The notes beneath the pieces are model-generated. The model had not been told where the DNA came from. It saw only the letters and a list, made by a program, of their open reading frames with translations, and made no database searches. Shown here piece after piece: positions 61,161 through 64,000 of a stretch of DNA of 64,000 bases. The position numbers were made by a program, and so were the translations under genes. The stretch comes from Picochlorum sp. SENEW3. Lineage: Eukaryota. Every line of letters begins with the position of its first letter. Positions within the stretch are counted from its first letter, which is position 1. The stretch lies in NCBI GenBank assembly GCA_034226945.1, contig CP120458.1, forward strand, positions 62,001 through 126,000, in the 5' to 3' direction.

Positions 61161-61738
61161 TAGTACAGTCAAAATAATGTAATTAAACTATTGCATCAGT
61201 TTATGAGGAAGAGACTGCTCATGTAAATCCTCCTATGCTGGGGCTCTACTTCTGGGCATGGATGCCTCTCAGTATGCTTTTTGAACCCTCAGCCTTTCCA
61301 CAGCTAAGACTTGCAGGCTGATGGTATTATTCCTGGGTGATCACGTGTCCATTGATGATGATATAGTCTTTGACATTACTGCATTTGAATTGTTTGGGTA
61401 TTTCATCGAGTCTTCCTTTTCTCCTCCTGGTGCTGTTCAACTGAGAACATGAATGAGACAGTGCTCAATGCACCAATGTACATTCCATTCTCATGGAGCG
61501 ATGTATGGAACGATGCCCGCAAGAGATCACGCCATGTAGGGGACATATCCGTAGATTTACGAGTGTGGAAAGGGCAATGCGCAGATCATGCATCTTCTCA
61601 GAAGAGTCTGCTGTGGGTTCCTCAGTGAGGCAGGATGAGGTTGGATCACAAAATGAACACCACCGCCCTCGAGTACAATGAGGCTTCATGCAGGTCTGCA
61701 TAGAATTTATTTGTATATTTCTAGAGACTTAATGAACC

Positions 61739-62704
61739 ATGGGCGTACTCTGTGGATGGAATCCATGGATCCGAAAGGCTCCAGTCGAATGTACTGACAA
61801 GGTGGTCGCATCAGAGCAACGCATGCCGATGCAGTCTCAGTGTAGAATATCATATACTAGTAGTAATAGTATTAGCATAGGATCAGGCTTGAACTCCAGG
61901 AAGAGGGGCACACGGATGCCTTCTTCTGGGTTGTTGAGGGGAGTTGCAAGCAGTAGACAAAAGCCTCGTCATCATGGGCTTGCTCGATCTGAGGCCACAG
62001 AAAGTGATACAAGGCCTGTAGACACTGATATACAGCATCAAGAGACCCAGTCTGGTGAGGAAGAGGTCTCGCTTGAGAAGCAAGGCAAGAGGCTGGCCCT
62101 CCTGAAGGCACAAAAATCTTGTTCTGTTGCAATCGAGGAGCTTGATAAGCCAATTGGTATGTCGTTTTACATGATGGGATATCGGTAGTATATTCAGTAT
62201 GTATATTTCATCTGGCAATGCAATGCAGGCACCTACATGACACTTCCTGCCAGTCAATACAGTGTCCTAGATGCAAGGAAAATTGAGAGAATAGATGAGG
62301 ATACATTCAGGTGCTATGTTGGGGGCTTTAAATTCATGAGTTTCATTGTAGAGCCCGTGCTGACGCTCTCTGTGGTGGTGGGAGATCGAGGGCCAACAGT
62401 CAGGCTGCTTGAGACAGAGCTGCAGGGATCCAAGGCAGCCCTGGAAGCAAATAAAAAGTTTACAGCCACCATGCAAAATATAGTTCAATGGCAAGAAGAT
62501 GAAGAGGGCTCAAAATGTATCAGTAGTGACACAGCTTTAGAGGTCACCCTAGAGGTCCCTGGCTGGTTTGTGTTTCCAGTGTCAGTTGTGGAACAGTCTG
62601 GCAGTGCTGTGATGCGTAAAGTCCTCGAAACCGCCGTTCCCAGGTTTTTGAAGCAACTAGAGTCCGACTATGCTCTGTGGTCACAGGGAGAGGAGCGATT
62701 ATAA
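61739..62704 (+). CDS. DUF1997 family (plastid-type) protein, intron ~62157-62228
   Basis: YMTLPASQYSVLDARKIERIDEDTFRCYV..VPRFLKQLESDY. Confidence 0.8.
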
Positions 62705-62846
62705 TTCTGTTCTATGCTTGTAATCATCTGAAGAATTCTTTCGAAAGAAATCTGTTCATTTTTTGAATCGCGAATTCCCAAAACCCAAGGCATTGTACTA
62801 TGCGCTTTGTATTTCAAATACTACTACATTCAATAATAGTGGATTA

Positions 62847-63691
62847 ATGAGAGACGAGAGAATGAACGAGGACGCCATTCGCTGCATAGGACGAACGGCA
62901 CGTGGACCAGTCTCGGCGGACGCCACGCAGTTGGAGTCTGGAACTCCCTTGGAAAATCCTGCTGATGGATGCCGGGTGTGTCGAATCTGTTGGGTTTCTC
63001 TGGAAAAAGATGATCCAGATGTGGTGAGCCCTTGTCGATGCAAAGGAAGCATGGTGCGCACTGTTGTTTCAAGAGCCCAGACTTCTACTGTCTGGATGTC
63101 TCATGCTATTGCCATTCACATTTGGATTGCGTGATGGTGCAGGAGTATATTCATATAGACTGTTTGAAAGCATGGCAAGATCAACTGTGTCGTATGAAGG
63201 GGAAGAATCCCTTGTACTGTGATGTATGCCACCAAGCATACACTGTGAATGCAAGGCTACTGCACCATCGTGTTCGCCGGATAGTCATGTCGATGACGCA
63301 CAGCCGAATTGCGCCGCTTATAGCAATCATATTTCGAGCAGCACAGCATTATGTTGTCTCCCTCTCATTGATGAACGGGCTGGAGACTGCTCTGACGAGC
63401 ATGGCATCCAGTGCATCCTCTTGGAGGAGGGGTATCTCTGGGGAACACGGCACAAACGTGCTCAAGGCCATTACTGGTATATCTGTGATCAATATAGTCG
63501 TGTCAAGGACACTGAATGGGGTATTGGATCTCGTCTGTGCTCCATTCAAGGCTATTAAACGGTTCTATGAGGGATTTGTGGCCTCCTGGCCAAGGAGGCT
63601 TGTGATCGTCGGGGTGGGGCGGGAGATCTCGTCGTCCAGATCTCATCGGATCGCAGGTCAATCGAATTCGCCATCTTCAATTGAAAACTGA
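62847..63691 (+). CDS. RING-CH (RINGv) E3 ligase-like protein, intron ~63054-63142
   Basis: CRICW..SPCRCKGSM|EYIHIDCLKAWQ..CDVC. Confidence 0.82.
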
Positions 63692-64000
63692 CGCATTATT
63701 GGATATACTATTTCAAAATTGTTCTCTTGAAGGATATCGTATCCCTTGGATACGCGCAAGCTGCCTGGAATAGACCTGTGCTACAAAGTCTTGAATCATT
63801 TTTTGAATGGTCTTTGAGCAGGCAAGAACGACACAGGGCCAGCGTCGCATGGCCCTGCCTATTCATAGTGCTACTAGATATGCCAGAAGAACATTCTTGG
63901 TGTCTGGGAGATTTGGTCGGTGTGTGCAGGCTGGCTCTGAGCAGAAGAGAAATCTCCCAGTCAGTGGCGAGCAGATGTCAGGAATGTCACGTGTCTGTAA

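Overview
Eukaryotic nuclear DNA, probably a compact-genome green microalga (short GT-AG introns, plastid-targeted YGGT/CemA-like/DUF1997 genes; taxonomy is inference). The window has two halves. (1) 1-~43,030 is a nested transposon island with no housekeeping genes. It holds a MULE transposase and a KDZ transposase (both with premature stops), two Ty3/Gypsy LTR retrotransposons (one with identical LTRs and a TSD, one with both LTRs interrupted), a hAT MITE, a PIF/Harbinger MITE and a poly(A)-tailed insertion. Between or next to TIR-like ends lie unusual cargo genes: an intronless McrB-like AAA+ NTPase, a spliced MORC-like GHKL ATPase fused to a recently expanded zinc-knuckle/OTU-like array, a degenerate YqaJ-like exonuclease and an AT-hook protein. 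(2) ~43,050-64,000 is gene-dense. It starts with an intronless bacterial-type beta-class DNA amino-methyltransferase at the island border, followed by GAPDH, a membrane TKL kinase, eIF2-beta, UGGT, YGGT, a PAN-like secreted protein, ACAD10/IBR3, a CemA-like gene, DUF1997 and a RING-CH ligase. The best candidate for a new system is a family of large cargo-carrying DNA transposons bearing restriction-modification/chromatin-type enzymes. All family calls come from motifs recognised by eye; no searches were run.
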